A stretch of 61,411 bases of DNA from an uncultured virus (IMG/VR IMGVR_UViG_3300007516_000009) (Duplodnaviria; Heunggongvirae; Uroviricota; Caudoviricetes): IMG/VR virus record IMGVR_UViG_3300007516_000009; one strand, 5' to 3'. Below, one piece after another: positions 17,766 through 28,098 of the stretch. Every line of letters starts with the position of its first letter. Position 1 is the first letter of the stretch. The notes under the pieces were generated by a model. It was not told the DNA's origin. It saw nothing but the letters and a program-made list of their open reading frames with translations, and made no database searches. Made by a program: the position numbers and the translations under genes.

Positions 17766-19004
17766 TTAACCCTTCATACAAACGACCTGTTTTAGCGTGT
17801 GAATGATCCAAACCAAATCAGACTGAGCCCTCATCACGGCGTCAATATCTTTATATGCGCCTGGGGTTTCGTCGATCACATCAAGGTCCTTCCTGCACTC
17901 AACTCCGTCCGTTGCTTTAATATGATCTTTTAAGCTGAATGTACGCTTTGCTTCTCCCCTAGACATAGCCCGTCCAGCTCCATGTGAACACGTATTGAAG
18001 CTATCCGCGTTGCCTTTACCTAAAACAATATATGATTTAGCACCCATGCTACCAGGAATGATGCCGAGATCACCAGTACGGGCACGGACCGCCCCTTTGC
18101 GTGTCAACCAAACATTTTTTCCAAAGTGGTTTTCCAACGACACATAGTTGTGGTGGCAGTTTACAGCGGTCTCATCGGTTGTGACATCTATTTTCATGAA
18201 TTTCTCGAATGCTTTAAGCGCAGCTGCCATCATAACTTCACGATTTGCGGTTGCAAACGACTGAGCCCAAGATACCCCAGCGATATAATCCTGGAAATGG
18301 TCGGTACCTTCTGGAAAATAAGCGAGATTTGTATCTGGAAGATTGATGAACCACTTCCGCATATCTTCCTTAGCCAGTTCTATAAAGTAAGAACCGATAG
18401 CATTTCCGATTCCTCGTGATCCAGAGTGAAGCATTACCCAAACTATGTTCTCCTCATCTAAACAAACCTCAACGAAATGATTCCCGGTTCCTAAAGTTCC
18501 GAGATGAGAAACGGATCGAGCCATAGCTGATCCGACTTTGATAATTTTTGGATGTCGATCAATAAGTTCGTTCATGCCCCGCGAAAGTTCGCCAAACTTT
18601 GTGTTGACCGCAGCTGGCACATCGCCCCAAGCACCTCGATCTCCGGGCTTTCCATTATTGGTACGGCCGTGCGGAATTGCGGTCTCAAGCTCAGTACGTA
18701 AACCGTGAAGATTATCGGGAAGCTGATCCGCAACAATGTTCGTCCGTACCGCCATCATGCCACACCCGATATCAACTCCAACCGCTGCAGGAATAATGGC
18801 ACCCAGAGTTGGGATTACTGACCCAACAGTAGCACCCATGCCCCAGTGAACATCAGGCATAACAGCAACGTGGCTGTGAATAAATGGCAGCGCAGCAACA
18901 TTCCGAAGCTGTTCTAGTGCAGCATCTTCAAGCGGAACTCCTTTCACCCAAGCTTTAATTGGTACATTTTTTCCCTCAATATATTCATATTCACGTTCCA
19001 TCAC
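17766..19004 (-). CDS. rtcB: RtcB RNA ligase
   Basis: MPDVHWG; VGVDIGCG; LGTLGTGNHF; HSGSRG; HHN; IPGSMG; SHGAGR; AYKDI. Confidence 0.97.
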   Translation of the reverse strand: MMEREYEYIEGKNVPIKAWVKGVPLEDAALEQLRNVAALPFIHSHVAVMPDVHWGMGATVGSVIPTLGAIIPAAVGVDIGCGMMAVRTNIVADQLPDNLHGLRTELETAIPHGRTNNGKPGDRGAWGDVPAAVNTKFGELSRGMNELIDRHPKIIKVGSAMARSVSHLGTLGTGNHFVEVCLDEENIVWVMLHSGSRGIGNAIGSYFIELAKEDMRKWFINLPDTNLAYFPEGTDHFQDYIAGVSWAQSFATANREVMMAAALKAFEKFMKIDVTTDETAVNCHHNYVSLENHFGKNVWLTRKGAVRARTGDLGIIPGSMGAKSYIVLGKGNADSFNTCSHGAGRAMSRGEAKRTFSLKDHIKATDGVECRKDLDVIDETPGAYKDIDAVMRAQSDLVWIIHTLKQVVCMKG

Positions 19005-19021
19005 AAAAGCTCCTCGGTTTA

Positions 19022-19249
19022 TTACACGGGCTGTGCCATTAGCGCCTTAAGTTGCTCCGCTTCAAGACAGAAAACACTTTTTAAATCTGCGCCCGGGCCT
19101 ACTTGACTAGCAAAATGAGAACCGAGCGGATAAGCATTATCAGTTACGTATTGTATACATTCTGCTGATGTTTTGAATGTCGGTTCTGTAAAAATATAAA
19201 CATCTGATTGTCCGGACATTGCAAAAAAAAGCAGGATAAACCAAGTCAT
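19022..19249 (-). CDS. Hypothetical exported protein
   Basis: Hydrophobic N-terminus, two Cys. Confidence 0.65.
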   Translation of the reverse strand: MTWFILLFFAMSGQSDVYIFTEPTFKTSAECIQYVTDNAYPLGSHFASQVGPGADLKSVFCLEAEQLKALMAQPV

Positions 19250-19250
19250 A

Positions 19251-19901
19251 TTACGTCCTTTCTAAGAAAAAAGTATCGGTAATATATTTATATGGATCAT
19301 CAGCAAATATCTGCGGCTTCCCATCTTCCACGGCGATCAAAATCAAAATCTGCTCTATCTTCTCTCCATACATTTCTTCGAACATAAACGAATAAGCAGA
19401 AGCTTGAAGAAAGTAGTCGTGTATCCAAGCTCTAGTTTTTTGCCTGCGCGAGGTTTTAAAATCAATGATAGTATTCTTTTTATTAACTTCAGCGATACAA
19501 TCACAGCGCCCGGCGAGTTTGAATTTAGTATTATATAATGGGCATTCCTGTAAGTAAACAACAGATATTGCTTTATCTAAAATGGGCTTGAGCTGATAAA
19601 ACATGCTGATTGCATCGGCCATATGTCCAACTAAGTGATTCGAGTCGTTTTTGAGATATTTTTCTGCTATATCATGGAGTGCAGTTCCTCGCTGGCCCGA
19701 TACTCTGAGTATCCGGGCTGCTTCTTTTTCTCCGATATTCAACCGCCATTGCTTGAGGCCTATTTTCTTTTCTTCGTTGCGACCGAGCGCGGTAGTGATA
19801 GACTCAAATAGACCCCCGGGAGTCTTATAATACCGACCCCCGGGAGTTTCTATCGCTTCAAACTCATACGCTTTAAATTTAGTACTATGTAAATATGCCA
19901 A
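19251..19901 (-). CDS. PD-(D/E)XK exonuclease
   Basis: RGTALH..LAGRCDCI..IIDFKTS..YFLQASAY. Confidence 0.9.
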   Translation of the reverse strand: MAYLHSTKFKAYEFEAIETPGGRYYKTPGGLFESITTALGRNEEKKIGLKQWRLNIGEKEAARILRVSGQRGTALHDIAEKYLKNDSNHLVGHMADAISMFYQLKPILDKAISVVYLQECPLYNTKFKLAGRCDCIAEVNKKNTIIDFKTSRRQKTRAWIHDYFLQASAYSFMFEEMYGEKIEQILILIAVEDGKPQIFADDPYKYITDTFFLERT

Positions 19902-20652
19902 GTTCTAATTTCGCCAATATATAATCTCTTACAAGTTTGCTTCTTACAATATCATCTTCATCAAAACTTATTGTTTTAAATGCACCGATAGTATTAATCA
20001 CTCGCATAAAATCCAGAATACCTCGTCTATCGCCCTGCCATTCAAGATCACTCTGCCTAAAATCACCGCAAAAAAGTATACGCGTATTTAAACCGATTCT
20101 AGTTACGATAGAATCTAATTCATGAAAGGAAAGATTTTGCATCTCATCAACTACAATAATACTGTCAGTAAGAGTAAGTCCGCGAATATAGGATGTGGAT
20201 ATAAAGTCAACCACACCTTTAGTTTTGAGATATTCATACGCATCACCCCTTCCAAACAATTCCGCAAAAATACTATAATATGGTGCTTCATATACTTTCT
20301 GTTTCTCTTTTTGACTGCCGGGCAAGAACCCCATGTCTCTTGTCGGGACAACAGATCGCACGATCACAACTTTTTTCTTTTCTGATTTTCCACTAAGCAC
20401 TTCATTAAGCGCGAGATATAGAGAGATGAATGTTTTGCCTGTACCAGCAACGCCCTGTAGAAGAAGATGATTACCGATTTCATATTCATCAAATGTTCTT
20501 ATTTGATTCTTTGTTTTTGGTAATATTTTTCTAAGATCGAAGTTGATTTGTTGCTGTATGTTTTCTCTTTTTGGCGCTCTTTTGTTTTTTTTGCCTCGTT
20601 TATTAGTTTCAAAAAAATCATTTTTAAGATCAGAGTTGATGTTGTTGTGCAT
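19885..20652 (-). CDS. phoH: PhoH-like ATPase
   Basis: GVAGTGKT; MGFLPG; YIRGLT; VDEMQN; GDFRQSDL; DIVRS. Confidence 0.96.
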   Translation of the reverse strand: MHNNINSDLKNDFFETNKRGKKNKRAPKRENIQQQINFDLRKILPKTKNQIRTFDEYEIGNHLLLQGVAGTGKTFISLYLALNEVLSGKSEKKKVVIVRSVVPTRDMGFLPGSQKEKQKVYEAPYYSIFAELFGRGDAYEYLKTKGVVDFISTSYIRGLTLTDSIIVVDEMQNLSFHELDSIVTRIGLNTRILFCGDFRQSDLEWQGDRRGILDFMRVINTIGAFKTISFDEDDIVRSKLVRDYILAKLELGIFT

Positions 20653-20692
20653 ATGATACCCTCGTTAAATTAGAGTTCCATATTAAAATGTC

Positions 20693-21001
20693 TTAGGCCA
20701 TCTTTTTACGCCACTTTTCCAATGCTTTTCTCGTCTTGACAGCCTTAATAGACTTATCACCATGCGAATCAGCAAGTGCGCTATTTGGGTGCGCCTCTGC
20801 TATCCTCGATAGATTTTCGCGCCAGCCGTCGTCGTTGCGGAGACTCTTTTGAGTTGATGTGCCCCGAACAATATTAATCTGAGTTGGCGGAAGTTGTTTG
20901 ATGTGTGAATTTTCTTTTAAAAGGAGTTCGCGTTCTGACATTGAAATCAGATCGTCCCATATCTCACCGGTCTTTTCATTTTTAAACGTGTATGTTGGCA
21001 T
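20693..21001 (-). CDS. Conserved T4-like small protein (FmdB-like N-terminus)
   Basis: MPTYTFKNEKTGE..NSHIKQL..DDGW. Confidence 0.7.
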   Translation of the reverse strand: MPTYTFKNEKTGEIWDDLISMSERELLLKENSHIKQLPPTQINIVRGTSTQKSLRNDDGWRENLSRIAEAHPNSALADSHGDKSIKAVKTRKALEKWRKKMA

Positions 21002-21168
21002 TAAATCCCCTTTGATTTATTTATTAAAGTGTGTATATCGTCTATAATATGCATCAAAAGATTTTCTGGGGCTTGAATCCAAAACCGGGATCTTGCAGCC
21101 CGAGCCAGATCCGGTAGCGGATGCAACTCATCATTGGCAGCGCAGAGCGCATTTTTCATTGATTTCAT
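21001..21168 (-). CDS. Small hypothetical protein with MKSMK start (possible MKSV derivative)
   Basis: ATGAAATCA start overlapping the upstream stop. Confidence 0.5.
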   Translation of the reverse strand: MKSMKNALCAANDELHPLPDLARAARSRFWIQAPENLLMHIIDDIHTLINKSKGI

Positions 21169-21500
21169 TTTATAAGCCAATCCATGCTCAACCAATCAGT
21201 ATCCTCTGACATAGCCGCGAGTTTGCCTTCTGCTCTCTCAATAAACGCAGATACAATATTGATCCCATAGGCAGTAGATCCGTACATTGTTTTGTTACAT
21301 GAATAACAACTGCCGCTACTTCCATAAAAGTTTATAAACTCGTCGCCGTCGGTCGAGCGCACGATACCGCTATTCATACGCCAAGAATCTCCGTAAAGAT
21401 ATCCGCCTGCCCAGACGCCGAATACTTTATAATGAGGATCGATGCCGCTTATTTTTAGAATGAGCCACTTATCCGGTGCATAATCCATAGGTCTCTCCAA
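21165..21500 (-). CDS. Conserved phage hypothetical protein
   Basis: PDKWLILKI..YKVFGVWAGGYL.GDSWRMNSGI. Confidence 0.8.
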   Translation of the reverse strand: MERPMDYAPDKWLILKISGIDPHYKVFGVWAGGYLYGDSWRMNSGIVRSTDGDEFINFYGSSGSCYSCNKTMYGSTAYGINIVSAFIERAEGKLAAMSEDTDWLSMDWLIK

Positions 21501-21709
21501 CTTTCATTTTGTTTTTTCTGCGGCGCGTGCCGCCTGATATGTGAGGAGCCCACTATAAATATGAGTTTCTCCGTTATCCATATCAATAATCTGGATGATC
21601 CGCCCCTCGTCCAAAACTTTAAGCGTAGCATTTTGCCCATGAGTTATGCCAATACGATGACCAAGCATAAGAGTCACTAGCACTAACAGCCCAGCATACA
21701 GAAAAAACA

Positions 21710-22324
21710 TTAGATAGCACCCATGAGCTTGTCGGAGTTGTAAATAAAACAATTGTCTGCTTCTGGTTTATAAACCTTTAGATCGGAAGGGAAGCAGAAA
21801 TGAAAATTGACGGTTGGGTTTTGCTCAATAATCCAAGCAAGATACTTCAGGCGATTGCGCGTATCGTTAAGATTTGCTCGAGTTTCCAACCCATAGCAGT
21901 TGCTGCCATCATAAACATTTGACATCGCAACATCGGCCTCAACTACAAGCGCATCAAACCCAAGAATATAGAGGTCGGTGAAGCCGCGTTTGATTGCTTC
22001 TAAAATAGCATTAGCGCCAGCGTTTGATCTTGGTCTTTGGCCGGTCCAGTTTTCATCCGCGGCTGCTGCCCAATGAAGCGATACTGGTTCCCACTTTTCC
22101 GCTTCAGGCGGGTTGATAAACCTATCCTTTGGAAAGTCAGAATTCAGTATTTCGGTGATGATAGCGGCATCAATTGCTACCAAAAAATCCGGAAGGGAAT
22201 TGTCCGGGTAGTCACGATATAGTGCATTGCAGCCGAACACTGTACCAACCAAACAACTGAGATTAAGATTTAATCGAGATGCACCGTTACCGATTATGAA
22301 GGCGGTCGTCATCGTCTTTGTCAA
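21710..22324 (-). CDS. Putative Maf/glycosyltransferase-like Rossmann protein
   Basis: AFIIGNGASR..GCNALYRD..DFLVAID..YILGFD. Confidence 0.6.
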   Translation of the reverse strand: MTKTMTTAFIIGNGASRLNLNLSCLVGTVFGCNALYRDYPDNSLPDFLVAIDAAIITEILNSDFPKDRFINPPEAEKWEPVSLHWAAAADENWTGQRPRSNAGANAILEAIKRGFTDLYILGFDALVVEADVAMSNVYDGSNCYGLETRANLNDTRNRLKYLAWIIEQNPTVNFHFCFPSDLKVYKPEADNCFIYNSDKLMGAI

Positions 22325-22527
22325 GTTCGAACTCCTTTATGCGCCGCTGCGGCGACGGGGGTTTCCGTTTTACATTTTTGTAACCCGGTGGCTTGCGGTC
22401 ATCATCGAAATACGTCTTTTCACGACGGTAGGTCTTGCCCATTTTAGTTTTCTCTTCTTTCTTAAACAGTTATAATGTATTAATAGTTTTATTATATCAT
22501 ATAAAATCGATTTGTCAACGAATTAAT

Positions 22528-22758
22528 TTACTCGATCAGATCACCGAGAGTAACTGGCGGTAACTTGTCCCAGCCGATTAATTCGCCTTTGGCTTCATCT
22601 ATGATTGCTGGTTGATATGCTGTATATGGCAACTCATCATAGCAATATTCACATATAGGAGCACCGTCCCAAATACGCACCATGTGAAGTGGATAACTTG
22701 TTTCTGTTGCACAATATTCGTTCTGACAACCTACAAGAGCAGTGATTTTTTTCAACAT
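22528..22758 (-). CDS. Hypothetical Cys-containing protein
   Basis: CQNEYC..CEYC. Confidence 0.6.
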   Translation of the reverse strand: MLKKITALVGCQNEYCATETSYPLHMVRIWDGAPICEYCYDELPYTAYQPAIIDEAKGELIGWDKLPPVTLGDLIE

Positions 22759-22833
22759 GTATTAGTCCGGATGAGTGAGTCGAGTAGTCCAGTCGTTTCT
22801 AGGCTCTGTAAGACCATTCGTTTCACTCCTATA

Positions 22834-23301
22834 TCACTCGTCAGTTTCTACTTCTGCTTCGCCCTCGATCTCCCAAGTTGCTGCCAATGCAGGCCATGCC
22901 CGGTTGAACATTTTCTTGGTGATGCCTTTATAGGGCATGATCTTGTCTTTAACTGAAACGACGAGCTTTGCGTCATCTGGATCTAGTGATTCTAGAAAAT
23001 TCACAAATTGAATTTCCCGGTTGAATTGCTTCATCGTTGGATAAGGCCCGCTTTCGATAAAAATACCAAATTTGCGAAGATTTGCAAATAGCACTGCTTG
23101 GTTATCCGATTCTTTTGGTTGCAACTTGAATGGCGGCTCGCCAGGCGGCAATGCCCACTTAATGTGTGGGTTAAAACACAAGTCGATGATAGTTTCTAGA
23201 GCTATGTTGTGCTGAGCACGAAGGGCCGCAATTCGGTCGTCTCGACTTTCAAGTTTGGAAATCTTATCTAGTAGCTCCGCAACACCTTCTTTATACGCCA
23301 T
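22834..23301 (-). CDS. Conserved T4-like hypothetical protein
   Basis: WALPPGEPPF..REIQFVNFLESLDPDDAKL..VKDK..YKGIT. Confidence 0.8.
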   Translation of the reverse strand: MAYKEGVAELLDKISKLESRDDRIAALRAQHNIALETIIDLCFNPHIKWALPPGEPPFKLQPKESDNQAVLFANLRKFGIFIESGPYPTMKQFNREIQFVNFLESLDPDDAKLVVSVKDKIMPYKGITKKMFNRAWPALAATWEIEGEAEVETDE

Positions 23302-23506
23302 GACCTGGCTCCTTTTCTTTTAAAATAAAAAATGCTAAAACATACACCAGAGTAAAAAATGGCCAAAGCCACATCACCCTTAAAATCATATTTATAGGAA
23401 GTCGTTTCTCAACTAACGCATGGCTTTCTTCGACCAACTGAAAAACAAGGCCCATCAACACGCCAGCTATGAGATAACTAAACCCTATTAGCAGAATGTC
23501 AACCAT
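23291..23506 (-). CDS. Small membrane protein
   Basis: Two hydrophobic segments. Confidence 0.6.
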   Translation of the reverse strand: MVDILLIGFSYLIAGVLMGLVFQLVEESHALVEKRLPINMILRVMWLWPFFTLVYVLAFFILKEKEPGHGV

Positions 23507-24375
23507 CAGAAATCTCCGATATCTTCCATAAGAATTCTAAGCTTATGAGTAATGAAATAATCGAATAACCCTGACTTATCATTATGCTTGCATGTATCAT
23601 ATGCCGATAAAATCTGTTCTGAAATATCTGCTGGTATACAATCAAGATCAACGAGTTGTTTGTTTCTGTAATAATTTTTGAGCGTTTCCTCTGTACAAAA
23701 ATCCTCTGGTTCCATCCCGTTCCACAAATCAATATTCTTCGTCGATACGGGTTTCTGCCGTTCTGGCGTACTGAAAATGTTATCGGCCGATCTGAAATTT
23801 GGAACTCCGTCACCGCGGTCTCCCTTCAGTATATGTTCATGGAGATATCGTGCTGGGTTGCTACACCTAACCCATTTTTCTTGGACGGTGCTGTATTGCT
23901 CAACGTTCGCATATTTTTGCAACTGCATGAAGTCTTTATCTGAAGATAGAATTAAGATTTGTTCGGCACCAGCGTTCATCAATCCGAGATGCCCATACCT
24001 ATGGCACAGCGTAGCGATGATGTCGTCTGCCTCCGCTCCATGTACCTGTAACACCTTATATGGAAACACTGCTACCAATTCGGCCTTGATCGTATTAATA
24101 CACTCGAAAATTTTCGACCAATCTAACCCAGAGTCATCTCTATCTGCTTTTCTGTGACTTTTATAGAACGGAAAAACTTCTTTGCGCCAGTTGTTTCGAT
24201 CATCAACACAAAATACCAGATCGCCGTATGTTCCACCGAATTTCTTTATAAAACTATGGATCGAATTGAGCGACATATGTCTAACAACACTTTCGTCTAA
24301 CTCCATACCCTGATGAAGCTTCAATGTAACCATAATGTTTGCCAACATCACATGATTAAAGTCGATTAATATCAT
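23506..24375 (-). CDS. rnh: T4-type RNase H (5'-3' exonuclease)
   Basis: MILIDF..WRKEVFPFYK..EADDIIA..SSDKDFMQL..GDRGDGVPN. Confidence 0.96.
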   Translation of the reverse strand: MILIDFNHVMLANIMVTLKLHQGMELDESVVRHMSLNSIHSFIKKFGGTYGDLVFCVDDRNNWRKEVFPFYKSHRKADRDDSGLDWSKIFECINTIKAELVAVFPYKVLQVHGAEADDIIATLCHRYGHLGLMNAGAEQILILSSDKDFMQLQKYANVEQYSTVQEKWVRCSNPARYLHEHILKGDRGDGVPNFRSADNIFSTPERQKPVSTKNIDLWNGMEPEDFCTEETLKNYYRNKQLVDLDCIPADISEQILSAYDTCKHNDKSGLFDYFITHKLRILMEDIGDF

Positions 24376-24392
24376 TTCACGCTCCACTCACA

Positions 24393-24725
24393 TTATTCTA
24401 TAGGTTCAGGCTTTTCTTCTTGGTTATAAACTCTGAGCAACTCGATAATCGCCGGTGTGCCTTCGTTTAAGGGGTGTTCTATGTTTAGGTTATTGTAAAG
24501 AGTCATACGCATAACCTCAGCCAAATACTGAAGATTATTAAGATATTCTTCTGCACCAACGTCAAACCCATGCCCCGCAAAACTATTAAACAATTGAGTC
24601 ATATAATGATCAACCAGAAAATCAGCAAATGCCATTTTATTTTCCAAGAATTTCTGCTGTAATTCTTCGTCGTTTTGCGGTGGCAACACAGACATATTTG
24701 GGAATTTAATTACGTTTGTAGTCAT
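24393..24725 (-). CDS. Hypothetical protein
   Basis: 110 aa, NVIKFP motif. Confidence 0.7.
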   Translation of the reverse strand: MTTNVIKFPNMSVLPPQNDEELQQKFLENKMAFADFLVDHYMTQLFNSFAGHGFDVGAEEYLNNLQYLAEVMRMTLYNNLNIEHPLNEGTPAIIELLRVYNQEEKPEPIE

Positions 24726-25846
24726 TTAATAACTCTCATTAAAATGGTGTCTCGGTTGAGCCGACCATTAGGGGTTTGCGCCTTGCTATTTATTCCGTCA
24801 AGGAGATTCTCGAGTACCCTTTTACCCCCACCAGAAACTTTAGGTAGAATATCCGCGGGTTTCCGCAGACGCTTGGCGCATGAGGTATTAGCCACATTCT
24901 GTAGGGTAGTTCCTTTAACACTAAATCCCAAGACGTCTGCGGCGTCGTAGCAAGTGAGCATCCGTTGTTTAGTGTTATACACCCACAACTGCCGAGCCCC
25001 GAGAATTGCTGTTGGGTTGATACTGACGAGCTTTAACTCGGTAAAGTCAGTCATAAACAGAACATGCGAGATCTGCTTCTCAACTGATAGCGGCTTTTTC
25101 ACACGCGTTTTTCGGACTGTTTTCTGGTTTTCGCCCCAGGTAGACGCATCACTAATGATGGTGGCGACGAACGCAATATAACGAGTGAGTTCGCGCGGCT
25201 TGATGAATGAATATCCTTCCATCAGCTGCTCGTCTTTTTTGGACTTCACGTCGTTGAGTTCAGCAAGTAACGGCCGATAATAACTCGCTACTGATTTTGC
25301 CTGTTGTGTCTTAACTCCCACCGTCTTGAGCCAAGCGTACATATTGAACTCAGACGAGAATGAGTTCGATACGAAGGAATCCACCTCAGACTCAATAGCA
25401 GCAATATAGTCACCGACCTGGTCCTTAATATAATCCTGGACGCTAACGGACGGTTCGTCTCTATTTTCTGCCTGCTCAACTCTAATATTTTCGGCCCTTT
25501 TCAGTAGCCCGTCCAAGGTTGAGTTGAAAAAATCCATATTCTTTTCGGGAAGTTTGCAACCACGGGAAAGCATCCGGCTCTGATAACAGATAACAGAACT
25601 AATGTGATTCGGATCGAGTTTCTTGAGCAGTTTCACTTCGACTATTGGCCGAGGATAGCTCTTAAAGAGCATCTCAACCAGCTCTTTTTTGCCGTGGAAA
25701 TAGTTATACCAGCTATACGCAGCCGCAATTGCAGTTTCGGTTGGTAGTGCATCGCTCCATTCTGGTTCTGTTCCCAGATATTTTTCGTCAAGCGACTTTG
25801 GAGTCCGCACAGTCTGTTTTTTCTTAGAAGGTCGAAGACTAATCAT
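24722..25846 (-). CDS. Conserved T4-like hypothetical protein
   Basis: YLGTEPEW..LVSINP..LWVYNTK..VKGTTL..KRLRKP..NGRLN. Confidence 0.8.
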   Translation of the reverse strand: MISLRPSKKKQTVRTPKSLDEKYLGTEPEWSDALPTETAIAAAYSWYNYFHGKKELVEMLFKSYPRPIVEVKLLKKLDPNHISSVICYQSRMLSRGCKLPEKNMDFFNSTLDGLLKRAENIRVEQAENRDEPSVSVQDYIKDQVGDYIAAIESEVDSFVSNSFSSEFNMYAWLKTVGVKTQQAKSVASYYRPLLAELNDVKSKKDEQLMEGYSFIKPRELTRYIAFVATIISDASTWGENQKTVRKTRVKKPLSVEKQISHVLFMTDFTELKLVSINPTAILGARQLWVYNTKQRMLTCYDAADVLGFSVKGTTLQNVANTSCAKRLRKPADILPKVSGGGKRVLENLLDGINSKAQTPNGRLNRDTILMRVIK

Positions 25847-25904
25847 GATATCCTCATGTTTTTGAATATTACAATATAACACATTCACAACGAAAAGTCA
25901 ATTT

Positions 25905-26864
25905 TTAAATTGACCGTAAAAAAGACTCCCACTCAACCACTCGTCTGTCCCATGAGTAGAAATTATCAACATACATTTTTTGAAATTGAAGTTTTGCTGT
26001 ATGCTGTTCTGACCAATAGTTGCGAATTAGATCGTCAAGCAATACCGCAAATTTGTTTGCGTGTATATTAACATTTTCATCCCACTGGTAGAGGTTAGCA
26101 AACTCGGCTGTAGTCTCTGGCAGTGCACCAAGATTAGGACAGATAACCGCACACCCAGCACTCATAGCCTCAAGCGCCGCAATGCATGAAGTTTCTATCC
26201 AAATTGATGGGTACGCGAAGATATGAGCACGTATAAGCGCTTCACGAATTTCAGAATTGGGAACTGTTCCGTGATAGTTAATTCCGGGATGAGCTTCGCA
26301 TCGCGCAAAAAGTTCTTTATATTGCTCATCCCGCTGTGGCCAACCGTAAATGTTAAATGACGAATAAACATCGAGCTCAATTTTCGATCCATATTTATCA
26401 TACAGAAATTCAAACACTGGCACCAACAGCTCAAGTCCGCGATGCGGTGTTGTGTGATAAATCAGACGTAACGACTCACCAGCTGTCTTCTCGTGTTTGG
26501 CGATTGGTTCTATCGCGTTATGCATAACCACCGATTTGGAAAACGGGATACCGTGTGCTAGATGATATGTCTGAAACTGATAGTTAGAAACGAAAACAAA
26601 TTTCGCGAATCGTTCCCGTGAAGTTTCATCACGAAGATGCTGAGCTTCTGGATCATCCCACGTATCGTGAAGAACCAAAATATTTTTCTTAGTCAGATCA
26701 AGCTCGCGTACTCGAGAATGAATAATGTTGAACTGATTTAGCAACTGCTTATCCAGGCGTTCGAGCAAACCAAGCTTGATCATCTCGGTCCCGCCCATAG
26801 CACCCTTCACTGCACCGTCGGACTGAACTTTTCCAGCATCGGAATCTGTAATTGTAAATTTCAT
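25905..26864 (-). CDS. GT-B (family 4-like) glycosyltransferase
   Basis: MGGTE; YHTTPHRGL; YPSIWIETSCIAALEAM (EX7E). Confidence 0.88.
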   Translation of the reverse strand: MKFTITDSDAGKVQSDGAVKGAMGGTEMIKLGLLERLDKQLLNQFNIIHSRVRELDLTKKNILVLHDTWDDPEAQHLRDETSRERFAKFVFVSNYQFQTYHLAHGIPFSKSVVMHNAIEPIAKHEKTAGESLRLIYHTTPHRGLELLVPVFEFLYDKYGSKIELDVYSSFNIYGWPQRDEQYKELFARCEAHPGINYHGTVPNSEIREALIRAHIFAYPSIWIETSCIAALEAMSAGCAVICPNLGALPETTAEFANLYQWDENVNIHANKFAVLLDDLIRNYWSEQHTAKLQFQKMYVDNFYSWDRRVVEWESFLRSI

Positions 26865-27160
26865 TACGCTGTCTCGGAATTAGAGCCCTTTGACTTCATA
26901 ACATAACGGCCCTTAGGATCACCCCAGACATCAGTGGCGAGAACCCGAATGAACGGCTTGTTGAGTTCCTTGTCGTTCGGGTTCGGAATCGAAAGCATCA
27001 CTCGCTTACCGACCGACCATGCACGCTGCTGGTCGATTTGTCGGCCGAGAATATCAGCGCGGCGCGCAGAGCGGACTGCAGTGCAAGTTTTACCCGACAC
27101 ATTTGCGCGCTCACCCTTTGAACTGGATTTCGTGCTGCTTGACTTCTTACCTTTTGCCAT
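26864..27160 (-). CDS. Basic hypothetical protein
   Basis: SKGER..NPN..NKPFIRV..VWG; GGAG RBS. Confidence 0.75.
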   Translation of the reverse strand: MAKGKKSSSTKSSSKGERANVSGKTCTAVRSARRADILGRQIDQQRAWSVGKRVMLSIPNPNDKELNKPFIRVLATDVWGDPKGRYVMKSKGSNSETA

Positions 27161-27187
27161 TTTATTCTCCTAGTTTATCATGAGAAG

Positions 27188-27212
27188 TGGGCGAGAGCCG
27201 AAACCCCCGCCC
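27188..27212 (-). terminator. UUCG hairpin after the DUF6745-like gene
   Basis: TGGGCGGGGG-TTTCGG-CTCTCGCCCA. Confidence 0.55.
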
Positions 27213-27219
27213 AGCTCGA

Positions 27220-28098
27220 TTAAGTGCGAACCTCGATGTTATATTCACCGGGCTTCAGATCATACGTCCACGCGTTCGCCTCCAGAGCGGTCGTCATTTC
27301 TGGAGGAACCGGCATTGCAAATTCCCGGCCAGTGGCGCAAACCACTTTAAGGAACTTTTCACGATCGTCGAAGTCGGGAAGCTGGACTTCGACGAGGGTC
27401 CCGATCATCGGGTCTTCATCGGCATCGATTACCGTTGCGTCGAGTTCGCGGAGGACTCGTGCCCAGCCGAGAATTTCGCAAGCGCACCGGCGCTGTTCGA
27501 CGTTTTCCCATGTCAGCGCAGTGACCGCGGCCAGTTCCGCCTTCTTGGTGATCCATTCCTCGGGGATCCGAGTACCGTGCCAGGAATAAATCGAATATCC
27601 ATCGCGATACCGAATTGCCGGGCCATCTTCGCAGTGAAGACGCTCGACTTCGTCGAATTTGATGTATTCCGGCCGGTCCTGGAAGACGACAACGTCTTCA
27701 TAGGCCGAAAGCCAGCCGCAATGACTCGCCAGGTCGATCAACCCATCGAGCTTGTGGCACTCCTCGATGTTGAGAACGTCCCGGAAATATTGGTAAAACC
27801 CGAGCCAATTGGCATCGTGGTTACCATAAAACATTTCCGACAAAATCTCGGAGTCGGTCATCTTGGTACCGTCGGCGAGGGCAATTTCCTTAATCAAGGC
27901 AATTGCCGACACCGGGCTCGCGGCTTTGTAGAACCGCGTCGGAGCAGGGAGGTCGGCGGAACGGTATGCAGAACATATAGCAGCCGTAGCCGCCGCCATA
28001 TCAACTGGCTCAGTCGCGAGCCCGACGGCGATCCACTTGTCTCGATATACATCGAGCATTTTTTCCTGCTCTGCCGTGAGTTCAGTGATCTTCTTCAT
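27220..28098 (-). CDS. DUF6745-like protein
   Basis: LTAEQ..KWIAVGLATEP..YGNHDANWL..RLHCEDGPAI.YRDG..WHG..NVEQRR..LKVVC.TGR..EVRT; family name from recollection. Confidence 0.8.
   Translation of the reverse strand: MKKITELTAEQEKMLDVYRDKWIAVGLATEPVDMAAATAAICSAYRSADLPAPTRFYKAASPVSAIALIKEIALADGTKMTDSEILSEMFYGNHDANWLGFYQYFRDVLNIEECHKLDGLIDLASHCGWLSAYEDVVVFQDRPEYIKFDEVERLHCEDGPAIRYRDGYSIYSWHGTRIPEEWITKKAELAAVTALTWENVEQRRCACEILGWARVLRELDATVIDADEDPMIGTLVEVQLPDFDDREKFLKVVCATGREFAMPVPPEMTTALEANAWTYDLKPGEYNIEVRT

Noticed and set aside
19251..19901. Cas4 as evidence of a CRISPR system
   Set aside because: It is the PD-(D/E)XK exonuclease commonly found next to phoH in T4-like phages, and it lacks the Cas4 Fe-S cysteine pattern.
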